Positions 23,424 through 36,600 of a stretch of DNA of 64,000 bases are shown here, piece after piece. Positions within the stretch are counted from its first letter, which is position 1; each line of letters opens with the position of its first letter. The translations under genes and the position numbers were made by a program. This stretch comes from Camelus dromedarius. Its lineage: Eukaryota. Location: contig NC_087436.1 of the NCBI RefSeq assembly GCF_036321535.1, forward strand, positions 21,640,001 through 21,704,000, written 5' to 3'. The notes beneath the pieces were generated by a model, which saw only the letters and a program-made list of their open reading frames with translations, was not told the origin of the DNA and made no database searches.

Positions 23424-26400
23424 CAAGAGTTGGAGCTGATTTTTGGAGGTCCAGTATTTTTTTTTTTTTTTGATCCAAAGAATGCTTTTAAGTTCTACCA
23501 GTTTGTTCCAGTTTAGAGAGTCCCTTCAACCAATCATCTTCTCGTTCCAGCTCCAGGATGGCTTCTCCACATTGTTTCTGCCTTCTGATCTACCCTGGGA
23601 GGGGACAAAGTCACCAAGGCTCAGCTGAGATCCTGCTGTTGTGTTAACTGCACTTCACAGGTGAATGATGGGCACAGAAAGGAGTGACAATGGAGGAAGA
23701 ACAAGCAAAGAACAGGCAATTTCTTGGGATTTCTTCTAAAGCGTAAAGACCGTGTCCTTCCATCATGGTACCTGGGATGTAGGGACAGAAGAGGGTGGAG
23801 AGGGGATGTTACTTGGGCTGCCAACATAGTGCAAGGGGCACTTGGCATCCTTGAGCAAAAAGTGCCTTTGACCTTGGGCTTCCTGCCTGGAGTTCAGTTG
23901 CCTCCAAGTCTTTTGAGGTCCAGCAAAAGAGAGATCTAGTTTCTGTCTCATCCACCACTCCTAACCTCCAGCTCAAAGCCTGCCTCCAGGAAACATAATC
24001 GTCTTCAAAGATGTAGTAGGGCCTAGAATGAGGGCCGCCTTTTTCATTGTTGTGTAGAGCCGTTGCTCCCTCACTGTTTTGAACATCCCATTGTAGAATA
24101 ATATTCTTTTTGGCTTTACCATTACAAAAGCCCACCAAAGCACTTTTTCTCCTCTCAAATCAGAAGAAATCTGACCACGTGGTTCAAGTTAATCTTGTAT
24201 TTGGAGAACTTGATAAAATGTTCGCAGTTTTAAAACAGTAGTATTCACCTGCCTCCTGCTTTGACTCACCTCTGAGTACCCTGTCTATCAAAGTTTTAAA
24301 ATACACTGGAGACTAGTCTCAGCTAGAGCTTTTGGTTACAAAACCAGAAAAGGCTAATGCAGACAGGGAGGATTTTATTTTTATATTATAGAAAGCATAA
24401 AAAGAGTCACTCATTTTGTTTTCATTATAACTTTCATGAAAGTGAAATTCAGTCCTATAAAATGTTACTTCATCTTAGACCAAATAAAATGGTTGTCTTT
24501 GGTTGTCTTTTTACATTGATTAATGTCCTCAGCCTTTTCCTAAGATTTCAAATGATCCTATTTGCCCATAAGTGCTATGTTTCAAAGGAAGAACACTTTT
24601 GAGCTATCTATAATGATTTCTCAGCTTTTACCTTAGAGAATATTGCAGTGCATTCTGCGTGAAAAGCTCACATTCTGTTTACAAAGAAAAATATCTGTTA
24701 CTTTGCTGGAATATGTTTTAGAAACTAATACTCCAATGTACATGAAAAGTTACTCTGGAATTTCATAAGTCTTGGAAAAGTTAGTGGTTACACACACACA
24801 CACATACATGCACGCACAGGTACATACTCATACATCAATTTGTGTAACGTGGGATATTTTTCAAATAACCCAGATGAATTTTCTCCTCATGCTAGTTCCG
24901 ATTCATTCTCTATCTTCTCTGGCATTATTGCTACAAGAAAGGGAAGCATAATTGCTGCCGGAGAAAGGAGAGGCTGTGATAAAAGAGCCTTTGTGAAAAG
25001 GGGAGGGAAGTGGAAAACCAGCAAGGGAGAAAGGATAGGAAATGAGAAAAGGACAGGAATGTAGATGTGACTGTCCTTTTTTTTCTTTAGAGGTTACTCT
25101 TCAAGGGAGAAAGAGCAGATCCACTGAGATATTTTCTGAAGAACCCCAAACATGGCACCTCTCAGAGAAGTTCCACACTCAACTGAGGGCAGCATTTAGA
25201 GAGCACTGACAGAGGAAGGCTCTGGATGGAGGGGCCAAGACTTCCCATGATCTTCATGCGCTACGTGGGACTCTAAGGTTCCTGATGACTTTGAGGAAAC
25301 CAGGGGTCAGAAGACACCTCAGGACGAAGTAAACCCCCTTCCAAGCAGAAGGTCCAAAAGAGGTGAAGTGAACCCTAAGAACTAACAGATTTTTCAGCAA
25401 ATATGATGAGAGGTTCAAGTTGGATATAACTTGATTTAAAAATAAATAAATGTAAAATTCCCTAAGCTCCAGATGCTCAGAGTTTTCTAGAACCTTCATA
25501 TCTGTTATATTAAATAAATAAATAATAAATAAAGCATGGTTTCTATTCTCAGGAGGAGCCTACGACCCGGTGAAGGAGACATAGGGGTCAACAAATCCAA
25601 TGCAGTAGGTGATACAACTGAGGCAGGTTCCTGGTGCTGGGGAAGCAAGGAAGACGGCTAAATGGATGGTCCCCTGGGAGTCGGTGAGACCTGCTCTGAA
25701 GGATGAGCATTTTTGTTTTCATCAGGTGGACTGGCCTGGTCTCTGCACTGAAATGCCTCCCTGTGGAATTTGTGCCAATTATGTTTCCCCAAATCCCTCA
25801 CGTGTCCAACATCATCTCCTTCATGAGGATTTTTCTGATCCTTCCAACTAGATTTGACTTCTCTGGTCTGATTTTCATGGCGTGTCAGATTAATCTCTCT
25901 CCTCGTTTTGTCCTTTATGCTTATTTTGTTCTCTCAGCTAAATTTTATGCTCTTCCCTGAGTTGCCACATCCCTGCACCCTGTGTGTATGAGACACTCAA
26001 TAAATGTGATGTTAAATTGAGTAGTAAATAAATAATAGAGAATAGGTTTAGGAAAATCAAGTCTAAACCTACTAAATGATGTGCTCTCTGTAAACAAATT
26101 TCCTTCCTTCTTTACCTTTTTGTTCCCAGAAGTTCATGTAATTCTTGGCAGAATAGTAGGTGCTCACTAAATGCTTATTGGAATTTAATAGGGGAGGCAG
26201 TTGTAAAGATAAACTAGGAGTTAGAAGTGGTTCTGCAGAAGGTTTCTATTTCAAGCTTTGTGGGAAATTCTCCTCTCAGATGCCAAAGACTATAGCTCCT
26301 TTAGCTTCTTTGGAATGATGCTGCTGTTCACAGGTGCTGACCAATACCTCTGCGACAAATTTCATTTTGTAGGTGATAGTGAAATACCGAGCCTCAAATA

Positions 26401-26539
26401 TACAGATGAGAAGGTGTCCTGTTGAAACTCCACTTTTTCCCCTTCCATGTCCACCTTCTTCAGTCTTGGCAAGGGGCTATTGGGTGGATACATTGTGCAA
26501 GGCGGATGCCAGCTCATCTCGTGAACTTATGGTGTCACA

Positions 26540-26705
26540 AAGGATTCTCACAACCATTCTGTCTTTGAGGTAGGTAATGTTATCCCCACTTTTCAGATAA
26601 AGAAGCCAACTTAGACATTTTAAGGCACTCATCAAAAGGTCACACAGCTGGTGAATGGGAGCACCATGATGGGGCCCTAATTTGTCTGATTTCAAAGCAC
26701 AAATC
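26540..26705 (-). mobile_element. MIR SINE
   Basis: 'gaggtaggtaatgttatccccacttttcagataaagaagc...aaggtcacacagctggtgaatgg'. Confidence 0.75.
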
Positions 26706-28429
26706 TTCTCTTGATGAACAAATGAAACCTTGATGGGTGGGGTCTCTGGAGATACAGGTTTAATTGGGAGATACAGTTGGGTGCAATTCTTCTGACTTAC
26801 TCTGGTGATCAAAGCTGGTCTATTCCAGCCTAAATCAGGTCACTAGGAGATGAGAGAGTTTGATTATATGAAGAAGGGACCTAGGATGGTCAATTGACAG
26901 GAAGACTGGATGTAGCGAAGTTTTTGAAAACAGAAGGAGAAGGGTCTATCTGGGTGTTGAAGAGTGGAATGCAAGATAGAGACATTGCTGAACAAGATGT
27001 GACAAAATATTCAGGAATATCGCTACAATCAATGGCTCTGCTGACCACAAACCTTCCCTACAAATATGTCTGGTATGTAAGTTTCTCCTTTGTTGTATGC
27101 CACTGGTAACATTCTTAGGTAATAAAGTACTTGCTGGAAAATAAGGAGGAAGAAAAACAACTCAGATGTTTTCATTTTGAAGGCTTCTGTTAAAATGAAA
27201 AGCTTTATATTTCTCAAAGTGAAGTGGCATAATACTGTCACCTCTACTCCTTGAATACAGCTATCTTTACCCAGTGATGGTCTATAATTTCTCCATTTAT
27301 GATTCTGTTCTTTTTCTGGCATTTACTAAACATAATCATGTGAGCTATTGTGCTGTAACCTACAGACACTCTTTATGAAAACAGAATTTCAAATAATACA
27401 TTAGTGGAAAATTATACATATTAGCAGCATCTTTTCAGTTGAAAAGATTCTTCATACAACCAGATTTTAAAAACCAGATCCCTTAGGGCAAATATTCTTA
27501 CTCTGGATTCATAGATGCTATTCCAGAGGAATCTATGTACTTGAAAAATGCATTAAAAATGTGAGGTATAAAGGATATATTTTTAAAAGTCAGCAGAGTC
27601 TTTACATCTCAAGTATAAAAAGTAGAACATAATTTTTCTACAATAAAATTAACTTATGAGCACCCATTTGTATGCAGAAACAGAAAACTTTTAGTTTTCA
27701 TAGTCCCAGCCAGTCTTCTAAACCGAGTCCATCCTGGTTTAAAACTCACCCAGTTGAAGGTACCGCTGCTCCCTCTCCTCCTTCTCTGTCACCTCTGGGG
27801 TAGCTTGTTGGTCCAGGGGAGACTTAGAAGCATCGTGACATTGGCGGGACATGTCTGGGTGTTGATGACCCCTCTCATTTTCTGCAGAGATGACTTGGCC
27901 TCTGTTCTCCAGGTGTGAGTGACGCACGGCATCGCCCTAGTGCACAGCTGCTGACTGTTCTGAGCTCATTGCTTTGGCCCCGTGCCTGGTCTGGCAGTGC
28001 CACAGAACTGTAGCCAAGTCTCCGCGTACCGGTCAACAGGCCACACCCTTGCTTGGTCCTGCGTCTGGCTGCCCTCCTGGGTGGTCTCTTTCATGTCCCA
28101 CTGGCTGTGTTTCCCAAAGAACTTCCAGGCCTCCTGCAGCTCACAGGAGCCCCTTGGTCACCACTAAGGCACCGTGAGCAAGCCCAGGGGCTGGCAAGGC
28201 GTTAATCCTCAGCCCTTTAGAATCTAGAAAAAACATACTACCATTTATTTTTCCACTTTACACCCTTGTGTTGTGGGTTCTTCCATTAAGACCGGGGTTT
28301 TGCAAAGACTCCAATGGGAATACTGAGTACAACTTTTTATTTTTAAACTCTTGGGCTCTCTTAATATAAAAGGGAAGTCTGTATTCCTACCTTCACCCTC
28401 AGACTCTTGGAGTTTGATGCAGTGCGTGT

Positions 28430-29113
28430 TGTTATGGGCTGAATTGTGTCTCCCCAAATTCATATGTCGAAACCCTAACCCCAATACCTCAGAATGTGAC
28501 TGTATTCAGAGATAGATGATCAGGTTAAAAATGAGGCTGTCAGGACTCATAGACATAGAATACAAACTTGTGGTTGCTAAGGAGGTGGGGGGTGGGAAGG
28601 AACAGACTGGGATTTCAAAATTTGTAGATATTGATAGGCATATGCAGACTAGATAAACAAGATCATACTGTATAGCACAGGGAAATATATACAAGATCTT
28701 GTGGTAGCTCACAGTGAAAAAAATGTGACAATGAATATATGTATGTTTATGTATAACTGAAAAATTGTGCTCTACAGTGGAATTTGACACAACATTGTAA
28801 AATGACTATAACTCAATAAAAAATGTTAAAAAAATGAGGCTGTCAGGATGGGCTCTAATGCAATCTGAACATGTCCTTATGAGAAGAGGCTATTTAGACA
28901 CACAGAGAGCTTGCAAAGAAAGAGAAGGCCACATGAGGATGTAAAGATAGGTGGTTATTGTTAAGCTAAGGAGCGAGGCCTCAGGAGAAATCAGCTCTGC
29001 CAGCACCTTGACCTTGGCCTTCGAGTCTTCAGAACCGTGAGAAATCAATTTCTGTTGTTCATGCCCCCCAGTTCGTAGTGTTTAGTTATGACAGACCTAG
29101 CAATGAATGTACA
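28430..29113 (+). mobile_element. MLT1B MaLR solo LTR split by an L1
   Basis: Starts 'tgttatgggctgaattgtgtctccccaaattcatatgtcgaaaccctaacccc'; ends 'aatttctgttgttcatgccccccagttcgtagtgtttagttatgacagacctagcaatgaatgtaca'. Confidence 0.9.
28546..28829 (+). mobile_element. Young camelid-type L1 3' end with perfect 19-bp flanking duplication
   Basis: aaaaatgaggctgtcagga at 28527-28545 and 28830-28848; tt|aaaaa endonuclease site; AATAAA at ~28815. Confidence 0.93.
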
Positions 29114-30099
29114 ACATTCTTCCCCACATTGCAACTTTCTCCCATCCTTCTAAGAGCTCTCTTCTTCCCCTGCCTCCACCTCCTGTGCATCTCCTTCAGA
29201 GCAGGGGTGGTGGGAGGGGAATGCATTCCCCAAGGTCACACCTGCCCCAGCACTCCCTACTCCCGGCCAATTTTTTAACTTATACTTACTGGGCATTTTG
29301 AATCCTTTGTTGAAGAATCTGGAGTCTTTGTTTCATTTGTTCAAATGGGGTTGCTTGGAGGAATTCAAAAGACACACAATGTTAGAAGTTCCAGATCTCC
29401 AATAAATATGTCATATATCATCCCACTATCAACATGTGTGTGTCTGCTCATATCTTTTCTGGGGAAAGTCCACAGTTCTCTTGAAATTCTCCAAGAGGTT
29501 TCTGACCAGAAAAAAAAAATGTTAAGATTCACCATCTGATTATATTTGAACTATGGTTCAATTTCAAATATATGATTTATATACATTTTAGAAATAACTA
29601 TTATGTAAATGAGAGAGCAGAATGTTTATCTTCAATAAATGTAAATGGTATCACACTCATTTTCTTCATTTAAAAAGATCTCTTATTTAATTTGTCATGA
29701 AAAAAAAAGCTAAAGCAAACTATCTGTGAAATACTTGATTCTGTCCTCACGCACATCTAGTCCCACATTGAGAGATCATAAAATCATCCTGTTACTTTTA
29801 CGGGGACCAGCATCTTCAAGCATCACCGTCAGCAGGAGGCATTCCACCTCACTCAGTATTTAAACATGCATATGCACCCACACACACAGATGTCGTGGCA
29901 GCTAAAGTTTCTCCTCCCCGCCTCTTTCTGCCTTTTGTGCCATTATTCATGGAACAACAAGGATTTGGAGATAAGAGTGGTCAGGAAGGACCTATACTCT
30001 TCCCCATGTTCTGGGATTTTTTTCCTTTCCCTTCTTGCCTGATTGCTGTAGTCACTGCTATGGGAATGCAACTGGACCGTGAGCCCCTAGCCATGGTTG

Positions 30100-30485
30100 T
30101 CTGGACTGGAGCTTGGCAGCCAATCATGGCACTTCCTTGAGAATTTGAAACTAGCTGAAGAGTTATAAAATTCAAGAGCTGTTGGTGACCATGCAATTGA
30201 GTGCACACCAGAGAAGCAGAGAAAGTCAATGTATGGGGGGAGAGATAGGGAAGAGGGAGGGAGGGATAGAGAGAGAGAGAGAGAACAGAGCAGGCAGGGT
30301 TGTGGGAGAAAAGGGAGAGATAAAGTCCTTAACACATATCCCTGTTTCCAAGCTGTCGCTGATGCCTGGTTGCATTCCTGTCTTAGGTTCCATGGATAGC
30401 TGGGTATCTTACACAAGTTCCCCCCTTTTACTTAAGTTGGGTCAAATTTCTATTTCTAGTAACATCACTAACAAATTTAATTACA
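30100..30485 (+). mobile_element. Old MaLR LTR (MLT1I/J-like) with GA-rich tract
   Basis: 'agagctgttggtgaccatg...cagagaagcagaga', 'ccccttttacttaagttggg...tttcta'. Confidence 0.45.
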
Positions 30486-31884
30486 CACACACACATATAT
30501 ATGCACACATAAGAGATGATCTTAATGTAAGTGTGTCAAAATGTCACTCTTCCAATGTTAAATTTTTAAAAATTGGGATGAAAACTGACTTGATCTATAA
30601 TATAAATGAACAACCGTCAAACAAAAAACCCTTATGTCATACTTGGTGCTATATTTTGGAAGAGATTTTTAATAGTAAAGGCTCACAAAAGTGGAGAGTC
30701 CTTCTTGTGCCATACCAGTCTTACCTGAAATAAAAATCTCCAGGAACAATGAATCCATACAATGAAAAAGTATGAGCCACTTCACTAAAAAGGAGAATGT
30801 GATACCAGCCCTGCAGATTCTGGCTTGATTTTATTGCTTTAGACAGCAAGGTAACTACTGGAATCACCTTTGACCTCTGGCCCTACAAAGATATTTCAAA
30901 AGGAAATGAAAAATATTTTGTCCTTCACTGGCAAATAGAGTTATGTTTGGGGGGCACAAGTGGCTAAAAGTTCGAGGTTTGTAAAAGTGGATGCTGAATA
31001 AGTTTAATAAGTCATGGAAGCCAGGCTTATTCAAGGAAGACACTGCCAAATAACTAAAAAAGGTAAATATCAGTCTGACTGATGGATTTTTAAAATGTCA
31101 TGTGGTATATGCATCTGATTCACTCTCTCTCTTTCCCCAGAATTTAAACTTCCTAGATGATGTGCACAGATATGTCCCATTTCCCACAGCAGCCCTGTAA
31201 AAGGTCTGCAAGGTCTTGGCCAGCATATATTTGTGTTTTAATTACAAGAGGGTTTTCTGGGTATCTCACATTAAGTGTTCATTTCCACAAAGACAGTTGC
31301 TACATCTATTTTTCAACTCTATCTTTTAGACAGAATGTTTTAGTACTTCTGGAAGTGTGGCAACCTTCATACTCACATGCACAATTGCACACGTGCACCA
31401 AGGCTCCACTTAAAGTTAAAGGACGGGTATGGTAAACATCTTTTCAACTTAGTGGCAAAGCTTTGGCACCTGGATGTCCTACTATTCTTCCAGTCTTTCT
31501 GTATCTTAAGAAAAGGCTGAAACTCTTGCCCAATGAGAAAGTCATCTCATCTTGCAGACAGATCTCTACAAACAGAACTTACCCATTGCTTTAAGCCCCA
31601 AGTACAACACAGGTGGTTGTTTTTCTTTTTCTTTTTTCCAAAATGGGTGTGTTCAGCACTAGCCATGGAGGAGAAATTCAATTGTGTAATGGGCTCCTCA
31701 AGTGTGATCCACATCCTCGCAGGACCACCTGGACTGCCTGTCCCTTTTGGCCCTCTTCCTCCTTCACTCCATCCAGCTCACGGCAGACTGTGGCTGAGTG
31801 TAGCAGAAAGAGCTTGAAGAGAAGGAAAGGTGAGGGCTGCAGGGAGACAGTGGGCCAAGCACAGTTTCTGGCCCAGAGTGTTTA

Positions 31885-32035
31885 TTAATTCATTCTGTAA
31901 ACATTTATTGAAGCGACAGCATGTTAGGCATTGTTCCAAGCTCTACGAGTGATGGGAAGAAAAAAAAAAAAAACAATCCCCAAACCAAACACCAGTGTCT
32001 TTGCTCTCATCGATAAAGCTTATAACCCAGTGGCA
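31885..32035 (-). mobile_element. L2 3' end
   Basis: 'attcattctgtaaacatttattgaagcg...gttaggcattgttccaagctct'. Confidence 0.6.
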
Positions 32036-32347
32036 GCTGAATGCTTGCGGAGTGAATGGATGCCTAGATGCAGGAAGTGACAGCAGGGGTGACAGCTAGG
32101 GGCAACTCCAGCTTCCCACTTTGTGTAACTGTAAGAAATGACTTAGCCCAAGTCGATTTCACCATCTTAACTTTAGGATTCCAGTCTCTCTGCGTGACAA
32201 AGGGAACCCGCATGTACCACCATCTTCATTTTATTTAAAATGTGAATTTAAAGTGTCCTTAGGGAGGATGCGTGTCTGGACTGGAGCTCGGCTTTCCCAG
32301 CAGCACCATTACCTGTGAGCAGCTCAGTCGAAACCTCTCCACGAGAA

Positions 32348-32362
32348 CCGCCAGGTGGCACC
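32348..32362 (+). promoter_or_regulatory. CTCF-like motif at the upstream edge of the CpG island
   Basis: CCGCCAGGTGGCACC versus consensus CCASYAGRKGGCRS (one mismatch). Confidence 0.5.
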
Positions 32363-33490
32363 TGTAAGGCGCAGATGGGCAGTCCTTCGCCCCACACCCC
32401 ACCGCCCGGAATAGTCAGGCAGCGTGCCTTCGCCCGTGGGCATGTTGGCGAGGAAGTGGGGGAGTTTTAGCCTCTGTTCAGACTGCGCGATTACATGCCC
32501 TGTTTTCCTGACATCCCAAACACTCATAGTGTAGATTTGTCCCCGCGCACCCAGGCTGCCACAGGCGTGTCACACGGTTGTTGGGAGCAGCTCGGCCTCA
32601 GTCACCGAGCCACGACGTGGGGGTTGGCGGTAGGTGGCCGTGGCTGCGCTGAGCTGGAAGCCTCGCCAGGGTCCGGGTCTCCCCCACCAGACCTCAACAC
32701 TAGCCGAGGGAGGCGGAGGAGTGGCAAGAGAGACGGGTCCCAGGGTGGTCGCAGGCAGAAGTCCGGGGAACCCGGGGCCATGGCCTCCCATTACCGGCCC
32801 CCGACCCCCGGGTCCGAGCCGGCGCTGCCAGTGGCCCGGGCCTGGGGCGCCTTCTCCCGCGGGTTCAAACCCTGTGGTTTCCCGGGCCCCGGCCGCAGCG
32901 TGACGGTCCCGGGTCACCTCTCATCAGCGCTCCGCATTGGTGCTCCCAGCAGCCTAGCCTGAGGATCGTCTCCGCAGGCAGAGGGGCCCGTTAGAGGGTC
33001 GGGGTACGGGGCGGCCGCACACAGAGCAAGCGTGTTGGGGGTCACTTCAGGTTGGGCGACAGGGGCACCAACTCCACTCCCTTAGTCACGGGAAGCGAGC
33101 TGCGCCAGTTGCGCGACTGTCGCTGCCGTCGCTGCCTCTATTCGGCCGCCGGTGACATTGGGAGGAGACTGCTGGGAACGAGCAGAGGAGGAGGAAGAGG
33201 AGCAAGGAGGGGCGGGGTGGAGGGGAGGGGGTGGGGAGAAAGTAGCGACCGTGCCAGGGGGCGTGTGAGCAGCCGGAGAGGCGGCGCGCCGCTGACAACT
33301 TCTCTGGGGCGCGCGCGGCGGGGCGGGGAGCGAGCGGGGAGCGCGGCGGGAGCCGGGAGCCGGGAGCCGGAGGGCGGCGCGGGAGCCTCGGGGAGCCGCC
33401 GCCCGCGCCCTGCGCCCCGCGCCCTGTGCCGCCGCCGCGCCGCCGGCTCGCTTCCTCCGGGTTCCCAGCCCCGGGTGCTAAGGCTCCGCT

Positions 33491-33500
33491 CTATAAATAG
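33491..33500 (+). promoter_or_regulatory. TATA box overlapping a consensus MEF2 site
   Basis: CTATAAATAG fits CTA(A/T)4TAG and contains TATAAA (33492-33497); an isolated AT-rich patch in the island core ~120 nt upstream of a donor. Confidence 0.75.
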
Positions 33501-33519
33501 CAGGTTACAGCTCCCGCCC

Positions 33520-33616
33520 CGCGTGCACACGCTCACCCGCGAACGCCGGAAAGTCAGGCTAAAAGTGTCTGCTGCTGCCGCTGCCGCTGCCGCCCCCCAC
33601 TCTGCCTCCGGGAGAG
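33520..33616 (+). other. Non-coding (5' UTR) first exon of a + strand gene; identity not established (weak recollection: DAAM1)
   Basis: Start inferred ~25-30 nt after TATA; no ATG; GCT/GCC repeat 33569-33594; donor GAG|gtaatt at 33616/33617, followed by a G-rich intron start. Confidence 0.7.
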
Positions 33617-36600
33617 GTAATTACCCGCCAAGGCTCCGAGGGCTCTGGGGGGGGGGGTTTGTAGGGTGGGGTGGGGGGCGGTGGGGGAGGCGGGAGGCGG
33701 GAGGCGTTGGAGCGGGTCTGAGAGCGCGCGGGCACATCTTGGCGGGGGGTGCTTGTCTGTTTTGGCATCAAGTTTCTCAGTCTTGTAGCCCCGATAGCCC
33801 CTCGCGCCTAAGGGGTGTGGTGTGCTGCCTCTCCTCGGTGGCCGGGGTACCCCTGACACCCGGGGACCCTCTGGCCGCGCGCCCCTCGGTCAGGCCCGCG
33901 CTCGGGTCCACGTTCACCCTCACCTCCTCACACTGTCTGGGCCCCGGGTAACTGAACTCTGGCCTCACTGACCTTCCAAGGCGGCGCCCACCTGCGCGGT
34001 CCCTTTGGAGTGGCTGCGGTGGCCCCGGGGGGCTCGCTCTCATCCCCATCCCGGCCGCAAAGCTGCCGCCGATACCCGCCTCAGAAGTCTTCAACGCGGG
34101 GGGTGGGGGTGGGAGTGGGAGTAAGGGTGACTGATACTGGGGTCTCAGTTGCCTCGTTTTTAGATTTTTTCTGAAGAGCTCCTCTCCATGAGCACCCCCA
34201 ATCCCACTCCCAGCAACTCATTCTGGAAAAGAAGCCGGGTACGTCTCCTCTTGGCCACCTAGCATCTCTTGTCCTACCCCGGAGAGGTCTCTCTAGAGGC
34301 GTTAGAAAGCGGGGGCTGTGGCTTGAGGGCGCAGTGGTGGTGGGGGTTGTTTGAAAACTGCGCTGCAAGGTCCGCAGCTCTCTGGCATCTCTGGTCAGGA
34401 GGGCCCAGGCCGGGGGTGTTAGGAGCCAGGGGCTGGTTCCTGAATGGACTTTCAGGCTTGTAGCTGGGACTGAGATCAGGATGCTGGAGCTCCACATACC
34501 TGTTTTTGCCTCTGAAATCTCCTGCCTTTTGGGTAGTGGTTTCTGCCCCGGCACAGTGGAGAGGCACCGGCAGTTCTGTCTGGGGACAAGAGGTATAAGG
34601 GTGAGGATGAGCATATTGATTAGATTGTTGTTGCTGCTGCCGCCGCTGCATAAAACTTACTGGAAAAACCCGGGAGGGTTTTCTATTACTCTTGTTTTAA
34701 TGATGCGGATTCACTTTGCCTGTCTTCTCCACTTCCCCCCCGCCCCTCTCCGGAACTAGGTTTCCTCCCTCTTTCTGAGATGTGTTATTTAAGGTCATTA
34801 CATTACATTTTGCATATCTCCTTCCTCTCGGTATGACAGAACTTGTTTGTGAAGGTGTGGCTCTATAAAATAAGTGAAAGCCTGGAAGACAGAGTGTAGA
34901 TTTGTCTTCCCCTCAGGATGGGCACTAGGTAGCCTGTATATAGGTGTACGACTGCGCTTCAAAGTCCTTGCTTGCAACAGGAATTTTCTTAGTGGGTCCT
35001 GGACCAGCAGTAGTGGTTATTGGACAATGCTAAGACAGCATACAAGGTGGAAGGAATCACCAGCAGGGCAGCTGGCTAGTGCAAGAAGTTGAGTAAAAAG
35101 AGGACTGGGTAAGTGGGCACCGTCTCCCTTAATAGACCGAGAAATGCATTATCTTGTGTTCCTTTGCGATATATCCCAGTAAAGCACTGGTATGAAATCA
35201 AAGGAGATAATCGGTGGCTTTGTAATACATACGTACTTGGGCGCTGAATATTGAACCTCTTGGATTTGTAGTAATGTAAGTAACTACTGCAGTGCAATGC
35301 TTTTCAACGTATTTCTTTAAAATGTGATTTGGTACATTGTCCTTGAAAGGTTATGATATGTATATACGAAGAGTCAAGATCTCCCGTGTTGTTAGCAAAC
35401 ATATGTGCTGATTGAAATACTGTTCTTATTTTAAGAGAATATTCTCTTTGATTAGGCAGATCAGTATTTATTTGTGATAAATTAATGACCAGTTAGGTTG
35501 TATATCTTTTTAACTGTGTTTTGCTTTTGATCCTTTGATAAAGTATAAGAAAAACCAGGCAGACCAAGTTTAGAATTGTTCCTCTAGCTGTTTAAAGAAG
35601 CACATGGTCAAAGTTATAGGCAGAAAATACTTTTTAAATGTTAGGTTTGAGCTTCACTTTGGGGTTGCAAATTGACTGAATGACTTCATTTCTCATAAGT
35701 TTTTTGTCAAAATACTCATAGCATAGACTCATTAGTTAAATTTGATTTTAACATAATGATATTATATGTGAGCTGTGTGCACCAGAAAATCACTGAGCTG
35801 AGAGAAAAGACAGATATTTGTTCTAAATTGTGAAAATTGAAAGTAATTCATTTCCTTTCTGACACCAGGGAGTTTCTGCTAATAAAAATAATATAAATCC
35901 TCACATGGGTAACAGAGGTAACTTTCACTGCTTTGAGGCAAAACCCTAGGGGCAATTCTCCTAAAGACAAAGAAACAGGTGCAAACTGATCTCATATTTC
36001 TTAGCAATGGAGTGGATGTCAGCTGTCAGGTTTACCTGACATCTGAGAATACAAAGTTTAAAAATTATGAAATCATAATTAGTGAGTAAAATGCTTCCTG
36101 AATGTCTGTTACATTTTCTTATTTCAGAATGTGCAATTCCTAGCTGGTACTAATATTAGATATACAAATATCATAATTTTTGTAATCGGTGTGGAATAAA
36201 TTCTTATCTTTCACAACCATGGGGATTCTAATAGACAGAAATGATCTGTTTTAAATAATCTCAGGTTAAATATTAATATTCACTTGAAAGTTGTATCTGT
36301 CTCTTCTGTATTCTGTACCTTAATTTTTCAACACTTGCTATCTGTCTTTCTAAAGTCTTAGGGAATCAGCTTCATAGCCATTTTGTTGCTACTTTGTTGT
36401 ATTGAGTTAGAAATCCGTGATTATAGAGCTCCTTAGAACATACTCATAAATATACATGCTTTCATATTCAGGCTAAGAAATGAGGTTATTAGACAAGTAA
36501 TCTCAGTTTAAACATTTATTTTTAGATAAATCCAAATGATGCTGCTGTAATTGCATTTTTGTGTGCAAGATGCACACAGCTTTTGTTTTTCACAACTTTA

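Larger units (their letters stand above)
32330..34400. promoter_or_regulatory. CpG island promoter
   Basis: About 2 kb of very GC- and CpG-rich unique sequence against an AT-rich, CpG-depleted background; GC boxes GGGGCGGGG at 33209-33217 and 33320-33328; (GGGAGCC)3 at 33348-33368. Confidence 0.95.

Noticed and set aside
30182..30733. 183-aa ORF
   Set aside because: Runs through an old LTR, a GA tract and a CA tract; no homology or splice signals.
33052..33951. 299-aa ORF and the other overlapping ORFs across the CpG island (32495-34759)
   Set aside because: Low-complexity R/G/A/P translations on both strands, the longest opened by a non-ATG codon (TTG) and running through the TATA box and donor. 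This is expected from stop-codon scarcity in GC-rich DNA; no recognisable domain.
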